DNA of 64,000 nt. Origin: Daphnia carinata. Lineage: Eukaryota. A model generated the notes under the pieces. The model did no database searches, was not told where the DNA came from, and was given only the letters and a program-made list of their open reading frames with translations. Positions 13,449 to 37,544 of this stretch are shown piece after piece (the stretch's first letter is position 1; each line of letters begins with the position of its first letter). The position numbers and the translations under genes are program-made. The DNA lies in the NCBI RefSeq assembly GCF_022539665.2, contig NC_081332.1, positions 6,014,001 to 6,078,000 on the forward strand, read 5' to 3'.

Positions 13449-16400
13449 TTAACTGTGAAGGATAGCGTCGAACGCAGTGTTAACACCGGCGGAAACGTCT
13501 GGCGCCCTAGTTTTGACGGCCAGGATAAGTGTTGGATTACCAGGCTGCATTTTCAGCTCGGAAAGAATCCAGATGCCATTAACTAGCTTAAGCGACTGGT
13601 ATAGCATATCTTGGCCTTCGACGTTACGTTTTGCGATGGTGAAGACATTGTTCTGCTGCATTTTGGACGAAACGGCGTCCGCACTCAGATTCACGTTGTT
13701 GATGGTATACTGGACTTCATTTGCCGATGGGATGTCCTTCCATGTAGACAAAAAGACACGTTTGTCCATTTGTCCATCTTCGGCGAAAAAGATGTTCATC
13801 GGCATAACAACAGCAAAATAGAAGACGTCGATGTTGTTCTTAATAGCAACTTGGAGGTTGGTGAGTGGTTCCATTCGCTGGACAGGGCCGGTCGGATTGA
13901 GGGACAGTACAGCTTCATATGACTGATTTGGTGCTAACGGTGATACAACATGCAGGGGTGCAGCAGGAACTAAACCAAAACTGTTTTTGTTAAGCTGAAC
14001 GGCAAACTGCATCATTGGTTGCATGGCTCTATTGGTCATGGTCATCTCCATTTGGATTTGTCCGTTGCGGCGGGAGAAGGTGCCAGTAATCTCTAGGCCT
14101 TTACCACGAGCGGCAGGTAGCCACATCTGAAACCAAATTAAAAGAGAATGCGTGTTACTGATCACTGTAGCGTAAAGAACAGGCGGTTATGGTTCTGACC
14201 TGCTTTGGTGCGACGTACGACGTGGATGCGGAAGGTGCAAGACCGAAAATGTCACCGAGGAGACCAACAGAAGGTGCTGGCGCTGGTGCAGCTTGCGGCG
14301 GCGGAACGGTAGGACTATCGCTGAGCAACCCGTCCAACCCACCGCTCAACAGATCCAAGCCGGATGAAGCGAATGGAGCGGCAGGCACTGAAGATGGTAC
14401 TGGTGGCCCGCCAAGATCCATTGTTAGTAGATCGCCAATAAGCGATTCTTGGGTAGGAATTACTCCAGAACGCTCGCCGTGCGAAGGGCTGGACTCCAAG
14501 ATGTCCTGCGATCCAGAACGAGTCGGAAGAGCCCGGCGGGAGGAGCCCAAACCACGACCTTCCACAAAAGCGGAGGGCGGTTTGTGATAAACGGATGCCA
14601 GCGAAGCAATGTGACAGACGAGTTCATCAAGCAGTGACGGTTCCAGTAGATCCGTTTCTTCAGAAATCAGTGGCTTGTCAGCTAATACTACCTCACGTGC
14701 CGCCGCCGGATCAGTCGACAATAGACGCCAGTAAATGAAGCCACGATCACGTAAATCTGGGTTGTCGGAATCCTGGGAAATACCAAGATAAGTAAGTCAC
14801 CATGCAACACGGAAAATCAAAGTTAATTACCTGTGTGGCTAGAGTCAGAACTTGTTGGACCAATTCTTGCGTGTCCGCAGGGCGTTTGAGGAATAACTTG
14901 ACTATGGCAGTTAGCAGCTGCAGCTGTACTTGGGTGCTCTCATCCTAAAGTAATTGACATATTAATTTCAGTTTTCACGTATTTTCAAGTAAGATTTTAT
15001 TGGTACCTGGAAACCCTCAAGGAAACTTTCAAGAAGTTCATCAGCATTGTCAATACGCTCAGCGTATTCGCCAATAATCCATATCATGGAGGCACGAGCC
15101 TCGGGCTCATCGAGCGTGTCCAAGTTCTCGCACAGCGTCGAAATAATGCTTTCATAGCGGTTGGGATATTTGCGGAAAATGTCTTTGATGACGACAATGG
15201 CTTCTTGCACGACATAGTTGACTTTGGTTTGAATTAGGTCGAGCAAAGTACTAACGCATCGTTCTGCTGATGGTTCCACTTTGATGGCGCATCGACCGAT
15301 AGCTCGTACAGCTTTACGAACGAAATCAACGTCTACTTCGGTAGCATATTCCTTCAGTTCAGACAGCACCTATTTGTAATATGCAGTGTGTTAACCGATA
15401 TATATTCTAGAATGTCAAGTAATATTTTCTCTTCAATACCTGGGCAATGTTGGATTGATTAGCAAGACGGATCATGATGTCCAGCTTCTCCAATTTGACG
15501 TAGATCGGGTCATTGTATTTGACGAAGAAAACCTTCATTTCATTCTTCAGAATGTCTGGTCGTTTTTGAACAATCAGATTGATGTTTCGTAAAGCAACGT
15601 ACTGAACTTCCGGTTCAGACGACAAAAGTGTCACGAGTGGTGGAGCCAATTTCTTGCTCAAATTCACAACAAAGTCCGCGTCAGGTGCCATCATCTCCAT
15701 TAACTTCATAAGCACTAAAAATACCAATGTTATAAATTTTTAAAAATAAATACGCCAGTACAAAATTCTGAGCAATATACCTTTAACAGCGCTAAGAACA
15801 ACAGCAGCATTCGCATGTGCCAAACGAGGAGTAATTCGCTCACAGATGCTCTGAGCTTCTCGTTCATCCTTAGGACTGTAGTTGGAAATTGAATCTAGAA
15901 TGAAGACTTGACCCCACTCTGTACATTCATTGAGAGCAGTCAGAAGCTTGTTGATTGTTTGGGTATTCATTTCCACTAAGGGAACACCACTACTGGAAGC
16001 TTCATTGATTTCAGACAAAGCAGCAACAGCATTGGCAACCACCATGGGATTAGAGTCACTCAAGAGTTCTGCAATTTCAACAGGAAAGATTAATGAATCA
16101 TTTGCAACTTCCAGATTTTTGATAATTTTGAATCATCAAACCTTTCAGTTGATCAAGGAATCCTTGATCTTCTACCAAACTGGCATTGATGTCATGTAAC
16201 TTGGCTACACAAACTGCTGCAGTCTTCCTGACATAGGGATCTTCATCTTTCAGACACTTCCTTAATGGTTCACATAGATATTCAGTGATCTTATCTACTC
16301 GAATGCAGCCCATTGTTCGCACAGCTAGAGCTCTAATGAGAGGATTGGGATCTTCACAGTCCTGTTCACCAAGTATAAAGAATTATTCTATTCATTCTGA

Positions 16401-16788
16401 ATCAAACTAAGTTGTAGCATAACTGATCTCAATGCAAGTTACCTTGACAAAGGTGTTCACAGCCATAATCGCCATATCTGGTTGGCTTTTTGCATAGTTC
16501 ATCAAGTAAAGATAAACCAGCTTTTTCAATTCCAAATTATCAGTTTGCATGCAATTTACAACATCAGGAAATAGAGCTGAGACATCTTTTCCAACCGTCA
16601 TTGATGCAATAACCTTAAAGTAAAAAAGTTCACATATTATTGTTAATAAATCCCAATTCAGTGCAATCACAAAAAACTACCTTTTTGACTGCTTCGCGTT
16701 TCTTTTCTTTTTTTTCACTATTCAATTCAGATTTCAGCTCGAAAATTTCACCCTTTTTGGTGGTAGTGAAGTATTTTGAATCCGTCAT
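13449..16788 (-). CDS. AP-1-2beta: AP-1/AP-2 complex beta subunit (beta-adaptin), multi-exon
   Basis: Starts [23 protein letters not shown] at 16788; conserved blocks [96 protein letters not shown]; hinge; appendage [12 protein letters not shown]...[20 protein letters not shown]. Confidence 0.97.
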
Positions 16789-17108
16789 TTTTGACAAAAC
16801 TGAAGGGAATTGAGTTGTATTCGGCTTTAAGTTGAAAAAATATAAGTTCTTCGACTATTGGAGACAACAACTGCATTAAGAAAGAATTTGATAAGGACAA
16901 TTAGATGGAATTGAAGTTTGGACGAGAGATGGATAGATGAAACGGATAATTACCGATAAAACAGCCGAGCTCGTTTAAAATTTCTGAAGAGCTTTTGGGA
17001 GGGCGTTTATTATGACAGTTGTCCTGTCAGCTGATGAAGCTTGTTGCAGACGATGTATAGTCACCTAGCAACCAAGCTAAACTGCCCCTCTGGTAAACAC
17101 AACACAAA
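16789..17108. promoter_or_regulatory. Probable bidirectional promoter shared by beta-adaptin and the zinc-finger gene
   Basis: Only 320 bp separate the two divergent start codons; specific core elements not identified. Confidence 0.55.
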
Positions 17109-18218
17109 ATGGAGCAACGCGATCTACAGTTCAATTTAGCGTCTAGTTTTTCTTCGAAAATGAATTCTTCGAGTTATAGTTATTATGGAAACAATCGTAA
17201 TTCGGAAACTTTCACTGATTTTGAAGGTGTCCAAGATCTTTCCTATTCCGCTCAGTGTTTGCAAGAGCAGAACGTACCAGCTCACGAAGACCAAGATGTA
17301 ACTTGCATGGATCTCAGTTTGCTTCTTTCGTCATCGAAAGCTTGTGACCGTCAACAAATCGAAGACGAACTGCCCCTAAATCTAACGGGAAAGGCGAGGG
17401 AGGATGAAATTAATAGGAGGTTGCGACAGAGGCAACAGTTTTGCAACTACTCCTACCCATTCAGTGATCCACCAAGATCAAATCAGGTCTTTGTTGCCCC
17501 TGATTTTCTTGGAATGCATGAACTGCAAGATCTGAGAACCCATATTTATATGGATGATGCTACATCATTGAACTTGACATATTGTCCTCAGACTTTAGAT
17601 TTATCAGCCCAGAGTCTTGACCTTTCGTTAACAGGCCAAGACCTGCAGTATGACAACTCAATTATAGACCTTTCAGCTTCTCACAATCTTAACTTGGATG
17701 GTTGCACAAGCTGTGATATTTTAAATTTGACCTGTCACCAAGGAGGCACAGAATCTGAAACGTCTAACATGTTGGACCTGGCACTACTTCAACAGCAGCA
17801 GCCCCTGCCACCAGCCTCTTCACTACCTCTACCGTTGTCAATAACCCAATCTCTCACTCCAACATCCTGCAGCAGTCAGCAATACACAGCTCTTGACCTC
17901 CAAAAAAACAGCTGCGTCTCAACTGTAAGTGTCGTCAATCACCAAATCCCGATCGAGGAGAAACGTTATATGTGCGCCCTTTGCGCCGAACGTTTCGTCA
18001 CGACCCAAGAATTGATCGCTCACCGCGAAACACACCTGAACGCCAAACCTTTCGCATGCGATCAGTGTGGCATGCGGTTCGTGAAAGTAGGCACTTTAAA
18101 TCGTCACGTCAAAGCGACGCATGCTAATTCAAGACCCTACCAATGTGAATTTTGCGAGAAAAAATTCGCCCAGAAGCATGATCTCCACCGGCACCATCGT
18201 ACTCACCTTCGCAAATGA
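17109..18218 (+). CDS. Intronless C2H2 zinc-finger transcription factor (3 C-terminal fingers), 369 aa
   Basis: CALCAERF...HRETH, KPFACDQCGMRF...HVKATH, RPYQCEFCEKKF...HHRTH; acidic N-terminal region with repeated (L/I/M)(D/N)L(S/T) motifs. Confidence 0.9.
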   Translation: MEQRDLQFNLASSFSSKMNSSSYSYYGNNRNSETFTDFEGVQDLSYSAQCLQEQNVPAHEDQDVTCMDLSLLLSSSKACDRQQIEDELPLNLTGKAREDEINRRLRQRQQFCNYSYPFSDPPRSNQVFVAPDFLGMHELQDLRTHIYMDDATSLNLTYCPQTLDLSAQSLDLSLTGQDLQYDNSIIDLSASHNLNLDGCTSCDILNLTCHQGGTESETSNMLDLALLQQQQPLPPASSLPLPLSITQSLTPTSCSSQQYTALDLQKNSCVSTVSVVNHQIPIEEKRYMCALCAERFVTTQELIAHRETHLNAKPFACDQCGMRFVKVGTLNRHVKATHANSRPYQCEFCEKKFAQKHDLHRHHRTHLRK

Positions 18219-19346
18219 TTGAATTTTTTTTTTAAATAGTGATTCTATTGCTCTTGTGTACATAGTTGTTTCCAGATGATGAGACTTTATTAAGAGTGAC
18301 TGAATACACCCGTTCATGTTTTAAGTAGCACTGTGATTATATTCAAACCAACGACTTTACAATGACGAAAGACGGAGAGTTAAATATCGAAGACGAGATA
18401 TTATAGGAGAATAAAAAACAAACAAAAAAAGGTGGACGAAGGAGAGCGCATTTGGAAACGGAAGAAATTTCTCATCAAAAATGGGGAAAAAAAAAAAGAC
18501 ATTCGACGGTTTCTGTGAACGTGTTTGTGAGTGTACAGGGGGGGAGTTGTTTATAAATAATTTTTTCCCTTCCAACAGCGAGATCAAACGGACAACAGTA
18601 GCGTGCGCGCATGTGTGTACGTGTGTGAATGCGTGTGAGGATCGGATTCTTCCGTTTACTTCCGCCATTTGCCAGCACGATTCGTAAATTTAACAATAGC
18701 TACGTCAAAACAGTCAACCTCTTGGGGCCACGAATCGCATTACGCACACACAACAGAATTGTTCATATATGTATACATAACCTCTTGTATATGTATAGGA
18801 AGCGTGAAAAAAAAAAAACACGTCATGGGTTCTGCTTCAATTTTGCCATCAACGTGAGGAATTTCATTTGTGGGTTTCTTGATGGTGATTTTTTCTCTTT
18901 TTTTTTTGTTTTGTTTTTTGTTTGCTTTTTTCTGTTTTTGCTGTAAACGAAATAAATCAACGAGAAACGAACAATGCATCAAAGCTGGCGAGAAAGAGAC
19001 AGAGGTGAGAATAGGAGACAACGATACATACACACAGCCAAGCCGTGAAACACGGAGAAAAGAAGGAACGGTCAAAAGAAGGACTGTACAGTAATAAGGG
19101 CAACACGCACATATCGGGGGACGCACAATGCTTTTAACACTGACTTGAACGTGGTGAAATGCTGGAATCGTTACCATCAGAGAGCGCGGAAAGGGAGAGA
19201 CTGAGAACAATCAATTGGCGAAGTGGCAAACTTGGTTAGGTTTACTTCTTTTTCGTTGGCATTTTTGACGAGCTAGAAGGATAATTATAATTTTCTGTTT
19301 TTCGTTTTTATTTAATTTGTTTTTTATTTCCTCTTCTTTTTTTTTT

Positions 19347-30683
<11,337 letters not shown>

Positions 30684-31815
30684 TTCCGTCAATTTCGGTG
30701 TTCCTTGGTGTGAGATACAAAACACACAATGTCAAAAAACCTTCATCTTTGTGGTAGCCACCTACCGGAGCTATAGCCAACAAAAAGCATTCCTTAGAAA
30801 ATACTGTACATGTATTTGCAAATAATATTAATCGACCAAAAATTATTTGGATTTTCTTTTTTCCCTTTTTTTTTCTCTGTAACATTATTTTTTTTTAATT
30901 AACTCTTAAAAGGAAAGAATTACTTTGAAAAAAAAGAAGACCAAGAGAACAATTTATTATGTATTTACATTTATTTTTATTGTTTACTTAAACGATAATG
31001 GTACTATCTCACAAAGGGTTATGTTTCAGGTACCAATAATATTTCACGGTTCATGGTGAACACGGATTATTATTTGAAACTGATACAATTCCTCCTCGAG
31101 ACTTCGTTGTTGAAATAATTCCAACAGAGGTTTCCTGGGCGGAGGGCCGTAACGTGTAGCTGAGCCGTCAGCCAGAATTACTATTTATTATTTTATTTTT
31201 TATCTCATTTTTTTCATTTTTATTTACTATTCTATAGTGACGTACCAGGTAGATAAGCTAAACCATATATCGCGCAAACTAGGAACAATTTGCTAATGAA
31301 AGTTTACATTTTCCCGTCATCCGTGAAATCAATTATTTTATATGATCGTGCTCCAAGTTGCAGATAATCCTACTGCAGCAATTACGCAAACAGTTAAATT
31401 TCTCTGAGTAAAGGACAAAGTGCTTCTTCCCAAATGTAAGTTCATGTTAAAGTAACATTTTTTATGAAATGCGCGTGTTATTTATTCTCGACAGAGCGAC
31501 AAATTGACTAACAGATGACTCTCGAAAAGTAAAAGTTGTTTACATGAAGCCTCTGCCATCCCGCAAATTATAAGGTTTGATAGTTCAATAGATAAGGTCA
31601 TAACTCACAAAGATAAAGGGTTAATGATACAATCGTCATTTAGGGTCTTTCAACTGATTTAAAATACTCCCACCGGCTCTATTTGTTTACATAGGGTAGA
31701 TAGGCGGACAGAAAATCAATATTTATTCTGAACGTGAAAAAGTGCATAGTTGCGTACTGCGAAATTGACTTAAAGACTAGCCTTCCGTACGAACGGTGCT
31801 TCTTCGCTAGAAGTA

Positions 31816-33036
31816 ATGAAAATTTTTGGGATTGAGTACGCCCCGCTATTAGTTCCTCTCGAACGAAGAAGACAAACATGGGCTGTTTTCGTTTGGATCG
31901 GCTCTTTTTTTTTTATGGGGCCAGCAGCTCTTCTAGGATTTTTGTACCTGTTCTTCTTCACACGTTTCTACTTTGTCCCTTTATTCTATGTGGCCTGGTA
32001 TGTAGCTGACATTAAAACACCTGAATGTGGGGGAAGAAGGTAATTGTTTAAATAACCTATATCAGTCAAAAATAATGAAAATCATCTTTTATGTTGGTGT
32101 TTTTTCATAGGTGGAATTGGGTACGAAGATGGTCTTTATGGAAAGACTATGCATCCTATTTCCCAGTAACACTGGTGAAAGAAGCTGATTTAGATCCAAA
32201 ATTCAATTATTTTATTGGCTCTCACCCTCATGGAATCCTGTGCTCTGGTGCCTTTTGCAACTTTGCTACAGAAGGAACAAATGTTTCTAAAGTCTATCCA
32301 GGAATTACCTTCTCATTAACAACATTGAACTGCCAGTTTGTAATGCCCTTCTACAGAGAATTTTTCATGACAAGTGGAGCTGTTTCTGCTTCCAGAAGGA
32401 GCATCGATCATATCTTAGGGAGTAGTCCTGGAGGCAATGCTGTCATATTGGTGGTTGGGGGAGCACCAGAATCACTTGATACTCATCCCAATGTTGATGA
32501 TGTCACCTTAATTCTAAAACCAAGAAAGGGATTTATTCGTTTGGCTCTTAAGCATGGGTTAGCACTGATGATAAACTTAGCTATAAAATTACTCTATGGC
32601 AATTTTAATTGTGTAGGGCTCATTTAGTACCATCTTTTTCTTTTGGTGAAAATGAAGTGTATGATCAAGTTGACAATCCTCGTGGTTCAAAGTTAAGAAG
32701 TTTTCAAGATTACCTCCAGAAAATGATTGGACTAGCACCAGTTTTGATAAAGGGGAGAGGCATATTTCAGTACTCATTTGGTATCATTCCATACCGTAGA
32801 CCAATCACTACAGTTGGTAAATAAATATTGATAAAATCATTTTTTTATCACATCTCAATTAAATTTAAATTATTTCAGTTGGTAAACCAATATTTGTGGA
32901 GAGGACAGGCAATCCTAGTGATGAGCAAGTTAATGAGTTACACTCAAAATATATTGATGAGCTTGTTGCCCTTTTTGAGCGACACAAGCATAAATACTAC
33001 CCACCAAGAGAACATATCAAGTTGAAAATTCTCTAA
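31816..33036 (+). CDS. Monoacylglycerol/diacylglycerol O-acyltransferase (DGAT2/MOGAT family), 4 coding exons
   Basis: [24 protein letters not shown] catalytic motif; [43 protein letters not shown]; last exon ends HIKLKIL* at 33036. Confidence 0.95.
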
Positions 33037-33709
33037 AATTTTATACTTTTGTTGTGTTAGATTTGCTGTTTGTTTCATACTACTAAAAACAGGGTTCCTA
33101 ACTGAAAGATTTTTCAAAATCATAGAAATACACAGTGCAAGCCTGTAGCGTATAATGTCAACGATGTGTACAATTTTCCGCAATCTCAGTTTTTATTATT
33201 TTTTAACAAAAGGTTTTACGCTGTGGAACTAACACAAAACTGTCCTACGCGTATGTCACTATTTCTTAAATAAACATTTTTGCGCCCTCTCCATTGTAAA
33301 AACAAAAATTCGGAAGCTTTTCGAATTTCGATCATTTTTTCTTTTTCGACATCCACAAGATGGCGTCTTGATGGGGAAAATATGGCACAAGAAAACATCA
33401 CAGCAGCAATAACTCATAGTTCATAGTTTTGCCAAGATCTTGATAGTCATTAGTTTTTTTTTGTTTCTTTTCAAATATAAAATACCTGCAGTGCCTTGAG
33501 GTGAGGGACGGATAAGGGAAGGCAAACAGTATAGCAGAAAAAAATGATAACTAATCTAATCATTGCTGAATACATTTATCACTGAAATGGCCGGGTTTTT
33601 TTTATTCTTGTTTGTTGTATTTGAAAAAATAGCTAGTTCTTTTCGAATAGGAACAACTTGAACAAATTAGATACTTAAAAAAACTAGTTGATCGTTCCGA
33701 CCTGGACCC

Positions 33710-36700
33710 TCATCTCTGCTCCGGTTGTAATAGTGGGAGAATGCTCAACATTTTGTTTTTTCAATAGGAAGATCAGTTTCCTCGGACGATTTGCCTGATT
33801 TTTTTTCATCAGAAATTAGATTAGTCTCAGAACATATCTACCAAGTTAAGTTTAGTACAAAATACTTTTTAACTTCGATGAAAATATGAGTTTTTCCAGA
33901 TTCAGAAAAGATGCTTCGACCGTTACTGCTGCCACGAAAGCCAGTGCAAAAGAAATGAAGATGAGACCGAAAGACGTCGTAAACTGTTGCAACATAGTAT
34001 AATAGAATTGCTTTCGTATGGCGGAGTAATAGACGTTCAGAAAATCATAGTGAATCAGGTAGACACAGTAAGTCAATCTGCCCAGCGGTAGGAAGCCTTT
34101 CCAAGACAGAATCCGGTTGATGAAACCTAAGCAACATAACAAGCTTATTTCGAATTTCAGTCGCAAAATATCACGAAATCAACTGATACCTCCATAGCCG
34201 CGCGAACATGCAAAGATGATCCAAGCTATTACGCAAGCCCAGGCAGTTCTATGCAGAGGCCCATATATCATACTGACCGTAGAACTAATATCCGGCACTT
34301 CAGATTGGTCAACATAAGGTGCCAGACCGTAAACAACTGCTAGCCCAACAGCCGTAGTGATCGCCCATCCCATTGCCGTCAACGTCTTCAATATGCATTT
34401 TTAAAATATCAAATTATTTTTCAAAAAATCTTATGACACTTTGTACTTTTGACAGCCGAAAGGTTGATTCTTTGGTATTATGAAGATACCACCCTGCCCA
34501 GATGCCCAAAAGGTAAGGTGGGGCTCTTGTCCACGGCTTCAAATAGTAATGGTCATAAAAATCGGACGCTGTGCCTAAGTTATCTCTAAAAAAATCAATT
34601 TGGTTCATTAATTTTTAATAAATAAGGTAAAAAAACAGAGAATCGATAAATACAGCCGGGTGGGTATGTATGCTGGAGGCAGATCATAAATGGCGTAAGC
34701 GGCAAATATCGTTGCATAGCTGATCGTGGCAACAAAGATCAGGAAAGCAAGTCCAGCCTTTCTCCATCGCCAAAGCGGATAGATAAACAGAGGTGATAAG
34801 ATGAACAGTTGCATGTCAACTGCTAGATACCACGCTTGCCCAATACACTGAAACAATTACGCGTTATTTTTTAAAAGTAGGAAATATACTTGTCATCCGG
34901 TTTCTCACCTGATGATAAGGATCCACGGGAAACAAATTGTTTACTGTGGAAGCAAAAAAAGGTGTTATCTGCAGATTATTTTAACTATGACAAAATGCTA
35001 CTGCTTTTCAAACTGACTGTAGAGGAATTGTCGCCACCAGGAGATCCGACAGGCGTTGGATAAAAGATTGACATTGTACCAATTAGGTCCGGTGCCAAGA
35101 TAGACCATAAGCGTCGCCACGAAACCGAGGATGACTGCGTACACTGGCGTTAACCTCAGATACCGATGCAAGTAGAAGAGACCAACGTTGAATTTGCCTT
35201 TGTTGCGATCCAGCTCGCGCAGCAAGAGGAACGATACGAGAAGGCCGCTCATTAAAAAGAACGTATCCACTGAAACAGATCCATTAACAATTGTTTGCAT
35301 CCCTAAACCGTAGGCATCCTGAAATTTTTCAAATTCTAGTTATATTCAACGGTGGCGTTACAGTTACAAGGCAATTACTGTTAAAACTGCTTTGGGATTC
35401 ATCGTTTTGTATGGCATCAAGCTCCACGAATGTCCTAAGACGACCCAGCATGTCGAAAAGAAGCGAATGCCGTGAATGCAGCCAAAGTTATCTTTTGCAG
35501 AAGATGCTGACACTTTCATCGATAGGATTTTCTTGCCATTGCTCAGCGCAGAGAAACAGTGTAGGGCGCTCAAAAGCTTGCCATCCGCATTTGGGTCAAA
35601 GTTAATGTCGTAGTACATGCGGTACGCCTCGTGAATCGTGGCCAAGACAACCAGAACACCAAGAAAGCTGAGAACCATTCTGTTTTTACAAAAGGAAGTT
35701 GAGTTTTAATGTTAAGTTTAGCAGAAAAAATAATGAAAGTCATGTTACATAACGGTGATGTCGGGGCCATCTAAAATGCGTTTTTCGTTCGTGTCTTTGA
35801 AACAATATTGCTCGTCAGAGAGCGTGACGATAGAATTGTTTGCGATGACGTAGCTCCCAACAAGTTGGGCAACCGCTTTGCCTAGATCAGACGCGCTGCA
35901 TGACGATGGTAGGCAAAAACTGACGCTGGGCAAAATAAACGTGTAAGGTCCAACTCCAGACATTTTGGGCTCTACCCGATCGTATCCCAGTAGTTGACCC
36001 AGGATTTGAAATATTGTTATGAAGTTACTTCGTTCGTGATACCCCTCGTCAGACGATATTCTCGAAGTGATGTCCGTCTGATCGACCGGAGCATTTTTGA
36101 AAAATACTTTGCAATATTGTCCATTGAAAATGGGTGCGCGAACGGCCTTGCATTCATCAAATAGTCCATCGGCTTGAAAATTGAGGGCTCCAAATAACCC
36201 CGGTGGCAATTGCCCTGATGATTCTTGCACTGCAAAAATAATCATAGGACTTTGTACAGTTAACATCGAACGTAAGATTCATATACCATTAACTCGCAGT
36301 AAACTAATATGAAATATGGAAGCAGCTTAATCTTTGGTGGCGAGATAACATATCTACATAGCTTCATACAATGCCCTAAGCCGAACAACAACCAAACAAG
36401 TCTATTATTTGTCCAGAAGTTCTATTTTAAAAACTTTTATGAAACAAGTTTGAATGAGAAGAAAGGCAACTCATTTAAACAAGGCGTATAAAACGAATGT
36501 ATACGATAGGTTAAAAAAAAAATACCTTGATTATGACTTACTCTGCAAGGCCCATAAACTTCGATTAACATAAAGGTTATGAACGTAGAATTGGCTGTCT
36601 TCAATACATCGCTGGCTGATATTTTTGGCCACTGCAGTCGGGAAGTGGGATGACTTTAGTGTTGCTAAAATGTTATGTAATAGATCCCTTGTATCATAAA

Positions 36701-36851
36701 AGTCTTCAGTTGCTATCAATTGTTCTGCGACAGCGACAGCAAATGTCTCCCATTTTTGGTTTACTACAGGTGAAACGGAATCCAATAAAAATTGGGGCTC
36801 GATTTCTGTCAATAACAAGAGAAAGCTGAGGAGAACGGCTACAAATTTCAT
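33710..36851 (-). CDS. NRF-6 (nose resistant to fluoxetine 6)-like protein: signal peptide, NRF domain and acyltransferase-3 multipass domain
   Basis: FDECKAV...GQYC; CLPSSCS; CFSALSN; CIHGIRFFSTCWVVLGH; SVDTFFLMSGLL; YLHRYLRLTP; WYLAVDMQLF; YYLKPWTRAPPYLLG; PLGRLTYCVYLIH. Last exon and stop approximate. Confidence 0.93.
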
Positions 36852-37544
36852 GGTGGGGATTCTAGTTGAAGCTCTAAGGGAGTTGCTACATGACTGACGA
36901 ATATATTAAAATGCTATTATTTATAAACTTCGAACAATTATTCAAGGATTCAGGCTTACAGTATTCAAATTGACCAACCATGATCTCGATTTGCCTGGCA
37001 CCTTTGCCCTTTGATTTTTTCACTGTTTATCGGTCGATGAAACTAACATTGCATCACATCACGTATTCTCCCTTGCCTCTCAAAAGTTTTCTTTACATTT
37101 TTTACTTGTTTTTTTTCTTTATATTTTTACTTTTTTACTTTTGTGAATCCATCAATAGTTTTTTTAAACGAATCGTTTGAATATTTTGTTTTGTTTTTCT
37201 AACATTTTCCATCACTACCTTATTTGTAACGTTGTAGTCCATATCAAATGTAAGATATTATATTATATTATGGAAGACGCAGTTATCAAACTTTTGGGCG
37301 TCATATAATCACGCGAGGTGGTCCGATTAATAGATAGCATTATCTTGAATCACACCATCTTCTTTGATTGGATCGCTGGTTCGTATGAAGGTTGTATTCG
37401 TAAAGTAAAAAAAAAATTATTCGAGAGTTCGTTTAAAGTATCGTAGCAGCTACAAACCACAGTGACGAGGTAAAAATTTATTTTCGTAAAAAAAAACCAC
37501 TCATATATTTTTATTAACGTCGTGTGTTTGAAAGTACAGGAAAA

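Noticed and set aside
18357..19210. Several short ORFs on both strands
   Set aside because: Low-complexity A/T-run sequence, most likely the Nf1 3' UTR region convergent with the zinc-finger gene.
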